From assembly GCF_009914755.1 (NCBI RefSeq), contig NC_060935.1: a stretch of DNA of 64,000 bases; one strand, written 5' to 3'. The notes beneath the pieces are model-generated. The model did no database searches and was not told where the DNA came from. It was given only the letters and a program-made list of their open reading frames with translations. How positions within the stretch are numbered: the first letter of the stretch is position 1; every line of letters starts with the position of its first letter. This DNA is from the human T2T-CHM13v2.0 reference genome, Homo sapiens. Below are positions 60,503-64,000 of the stretch, in pieces. Made by a program: the position numbers and the translations under genes.

Positions 60503-60888
60503 TGATACAGTTTGGCTGTGCCCCCACCCAAAATCTCATCTTGAATTGTAATCCTCACAATCCTCAGAATCCCCATGCAGCAAGAGAGAGACCAGGTGGA
60601 GGTAATTGAATCATAGGGGTGGTTTTCCCCATGCTGTTCTCGTGATAGTGAGTGAGTTATCAGGAGAGCTGATGGTTTTATAAGGGTTTGGTAGCTTCTC
60701 CTGCATTATTCTCCTTCTTGCCACCTTGTGAAGAAGGTGCCTTGCTTCCCCTTCACCTTCTGCCATGATTTTAAACTTCCTGTGGCTTCCCCAGCCATGC
60801 TGAACTGTGAGTCAATTGAACCTCTTTTCTTTATGAATTACCTAGTCTCCAGCAGTTCTTTATAGCAGTGTAAAAATGGTCTAATTCA
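60503..60888 (+). mobile_element. THE1D (ERVL-MaLR) solo LTR
   Basis: tgatacagtttggctgtgcccccacccaaaatctcatcttgaattgtaatc…ctttatagcagtgtaaaaatggtctaattca. Confidence 0.9.
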
Positions 60889-62229
60889 ACAGTAGATGCC
60901 TACTTTATTCTAGGGACTAAGCTACAAATCTCCTACAAGAAACAAAGACAAGTAATCAACAATTGCAATTATAATGTGATACATTCTCTGAAAAAATATG
61001 CCTGGAGTGTCATGGGATATAGGATAGGAGTATTTAATTCCTCCCTGTGAGAAGTGTCAAGAAAGACATTTTAGATGAAAGCGGAGTGCACAGGTAGACT
61101 AAGATATGGGTTCAATTCCTAGATGGTCTAGAGTAGAGAAAGATAGCATCTAAAACAGCAGCTTGTTTAAAGGTATTAGAATGTTAGGGGATACAATCTA
61201 TTGGAGATATTAATACCATGCCTTGAGCAAAGGATGCCCGTGAGAAGCAGGCTGGGTTAGGCTGGAGAAATACACTGGCCAGTTCTTAAAGCCCTTAGGA
61301 AACCAGGCATTTCATTCTCAAAGCTGCGAAGAGCCCCAGAGAAATTTTACTAAAAGAAGTTACACAGTTAATTTTGGCTAGAAGCTCACTTTGAATGTAG
61401 TAAATCGTTAAGTATGTGAAGACAAGGCAGAGAAACATTAAAATTCTATACAAAATAAACTAGTTCACAATATGGGTGACTGAGTATATTTTGTTTGAGT
61501 AAATAGAAAGTAATTGTGAAAAAAGGCAGAGAGCATTAGATTTCTAGAAGTTTGAAAATAATTTTAAAAATAATCAGATCTCCTTTAGAACATGTGACCT
61601 TAAGTGAATAAATGGAAGAGGAAATCTCCCTGACTCTTTTTCTAGATTCTTACCTTGTGTTAGCCACAGTTCCAGGAGAGATTTCCCCACCTTGTCTGGC
61701 ATCATTCATGGTGGTTGGCGATGACTCATCCTTACCCTAATTTGAAAGCAAAAATAGGAAGCCGACAAGGTTGAGCATTACTGGCAGACTTTGAAAATAT
61801 CAGTGTGGAATCATTTGATAGAAAACTGACTTTTCCAGAGTTGATCCTCTGGAAAATGAGGTGTTTTTTTCCCCAAATTGATTCTTAGATTATAAATACA
61901 ACCCTCCTTTCAGATAATTCCTTAAAGTATATTACTCTGAAATTTTTGCTGTAACTCTTTATAGCTTAGAAATGAACCAGGCCAGGCGAGGGTAATGGGG
62001 CCAATGAGGGTCAGGTGAACTTTAAGTGGAGGTCAGAAAAAAAGCATGGGTGAAGGATGATTGAAAAAGAGAGTTTGTAAATCAAGGTAAAAAATATACC
62101 CTGCTTCAATTTTTCCTCGAAGTTGCCAGTGGAGAGGTCAGATTGCTGGATGTCTTGACATCATGTATTTGTTTATGTCTCTCCCATGCTGCATTGTAAT
62201 CATCTCTGTTATGGCGAATGCATTGCAAT

Positions 62230-62366
62230 GTGATTATTAGTTTATAGGTCAGTCCTTCCCATTGAAATAAGCTTCTAGAGGGCAAGTACTGTGTGTTTTA
62301 TGTATTCATTCTCAGGACCTTACATCAGTACCAGACATTTTTCAGGTACTTAATAAATATTTGTTT
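62230..62366 (+). mobile_element. L2 3' end
   Basis: aagcttctagagggcaag…caggtacttaataaatatttgtt. Confidence 0.6.
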
Positions 62367-63079
62367 TAGAATACAAAACTTGATTAGTACTATTTTTAAA
62401 AAGAATTTAGATAGCTTGAAAATGGCCTGTTGCTTTTACATACCGGGTCTTTATCCTTTAGCTTTACTTCTCTTCCAGGAATTACCCTACTAAACATATA
62501 AACCTCATGAGCATCCTTGGCTTTCTGCAAACCCCTGTTCACACCAGTGCTACTGCTTATTGCAGTGCAATAGGGTTAAAGCCCAGCCCTCAGGCTTGTT
62601 TTCTGGCTTCAGCAGGGAAGGATTTAATTAGCCATTTAACTTCCTCAGGTGTAGGGGACAGAGCTCCCTCTTCCGATAATGAGGTCTGCGTTGCCAGCCA
62701 GCCACACTGGTTTCTCTCTTCAGGCTGCCTCTCTCCAGCACAGCTGGTGAGCTGGCTTCCTGACGACCACTTAGTCCGCACTGGTATGAAAATGGTTCCG
62801 TCAAGAACTGTCCTGGCCGTGCTCTGGGCAGTATCTTCCCCCTCCCTAATAACTTCAAACTGGTTGTGACTCCAGAATCTATCTCCTGTCTCTGACTATT
62901 CTGCTTTACTGAGTGACGAGAGAAGATCATCTCATCTTCTCTTTTTGCACAGGTCTCACCCTTTCTTCCCTCAAGGAGATTTTGCGTGCAAAGGGAGTTT
63001 TGGTTTCATTTTTGGTCTCTCTTTAAAAATTGGTATCTGTGTTCAGAAATAATGTTTCTTTTCCTGAAAATAATTTTAA

Positions 63080-63380
63080 ATGGTTTCTATTAATAAAAAT
63101 GCAAGCAATACAGAAAAGTAAGGAGAAGAAAATGAAGAGAAACAGCCTGAGCCCCTATATCCAGGCAGAATCATTTCTAGTATTTGGCAAGCTACCTCCA
63201 TTTCCATATGCATGCAGATAAAAAAAAAAAGATAGATGGACCAAGAGATAGACAAATATACTTTTACAATAAATGAGATCTTTATATACATGCTTCTAAT
63301 TAAGTAAAAACAAGTATTATATTTATATGATCTTTTTTGTACCACACCATGCTGGCCATTTTTAAACCTTAAATATATTT
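63080..63380 (-). mobile_element. Ancient L1ME-type 3' end fragment
   Basis: aatacagaaaagtaaggagaagaaaatgaa…atttgg…aaatgagatc. Confidence 0.4.
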
Positions 63381-63595
63381 TACAGATCAAGGTATACCAA
63401 TGGTTTTAAAATAACTTTTTTTTTTTTCAAATCCACTCTAGTGGACCTCACTCAGATAATATGTGTACTTCTCCCTGTTAAACTTCAACATTAATATAAT
63501 TAGACTAGAGAACATCAAAAAGAAGTTGCTCTAATAGAGCACTGTGAGTAAAAACTAAGAAGTACAAGTAGCAGTACTAATAGTAATATAGAAGC

Positions 63596-63754
63596 TGACT
63601 CTCAACCTGGAATGAACATGCAAATCATCTGTAAATCTTTCTAAAAATGCAGATACAGACTCAATAAGTCTGTGACCGGTCCTGATATTCTACAAGCTTA
63701 CATGGCCCTGCTTGTTGCTGTTGCTGACCTTGAAATACTCTTTAAGCAGCAAGG
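63596..63754. mobile_element. MER5B (hAT-Charlie)
   Basis: tctcaacctgg…aatcatctg…aaaaatgcagat…ctttaagcagcaagg. Confidence 0.55.
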
Positions 63755-63765
63755 CTTAGAGTATA

Positions 63766-63955
63766 CAATGTATCAGGCACTTTGCTAGGATCATTCCTCA
63801 GGGTTATATTCATGATCTCATTACCAAAGCCTATAACTACTGCATTTATAAGTGTGGAAACTGAGGCTCAAAGAACATAAAATATATACTAGAGGTCACT
63901 CTACTCTCTGCTTAAAAAGAGGTGTTTGAATTTAGACCTGTCTGGCTCCAAACAG
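63766..63955 (-). mobile_element. MIR SINE
   Basis: caggcactttgctagg…ggaaactgaggctca…aggtcac…tctggctccaaa. Confidence 0.75.
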
Positions 63956-64000
63956 AGGTTTTTTTTGTTTTGTTTTGTTTCCCTGTCATGTAAAACACAC

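Overview
AT-rich primate (most likely human) genomic DNA, not prokaryotic. The only gene-like feature is a CpG-island promoter (~13150-13980) with an ATG-free first exon on the minus strand (~13900->13760, donor CAG|GTAACG). On that reading, 1-13759 is the start of a long first intron and ~14000-64000 is upstream gene desert. I tentatively recall this exon as resembling the 5' end of SEMA3D, but could not verify that. No host protein-coding exon is evident. The only real long ORF is LINE-1 ORF2, in a 4.4-kb 5'-truncated L1PA2/3 on the minus strand. Its 1275-codon ORF2 has no frameshift and only two nonsense codons, one exactly at catalytic endonuclease Glu43. The rest is interspersed repeats (Alu, L1, L2, MIR, Tigger/MER, hAT, THE1D, LTR16), assigned from recalled consensus sequences. 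The most notable structures are a retrotransposon target site used twice (triplicated TSD), two tiny twin-primed inverted L1s within 1.3 kb, two template-switch-like inverted-repeat scars, a CTCF site with its upstream module, and a PAX3/7+SOX+GATA motif cluster. I see no convincing evidence of a new biological system. The findings are mechanistic curiosities and testable regulatory candidates.
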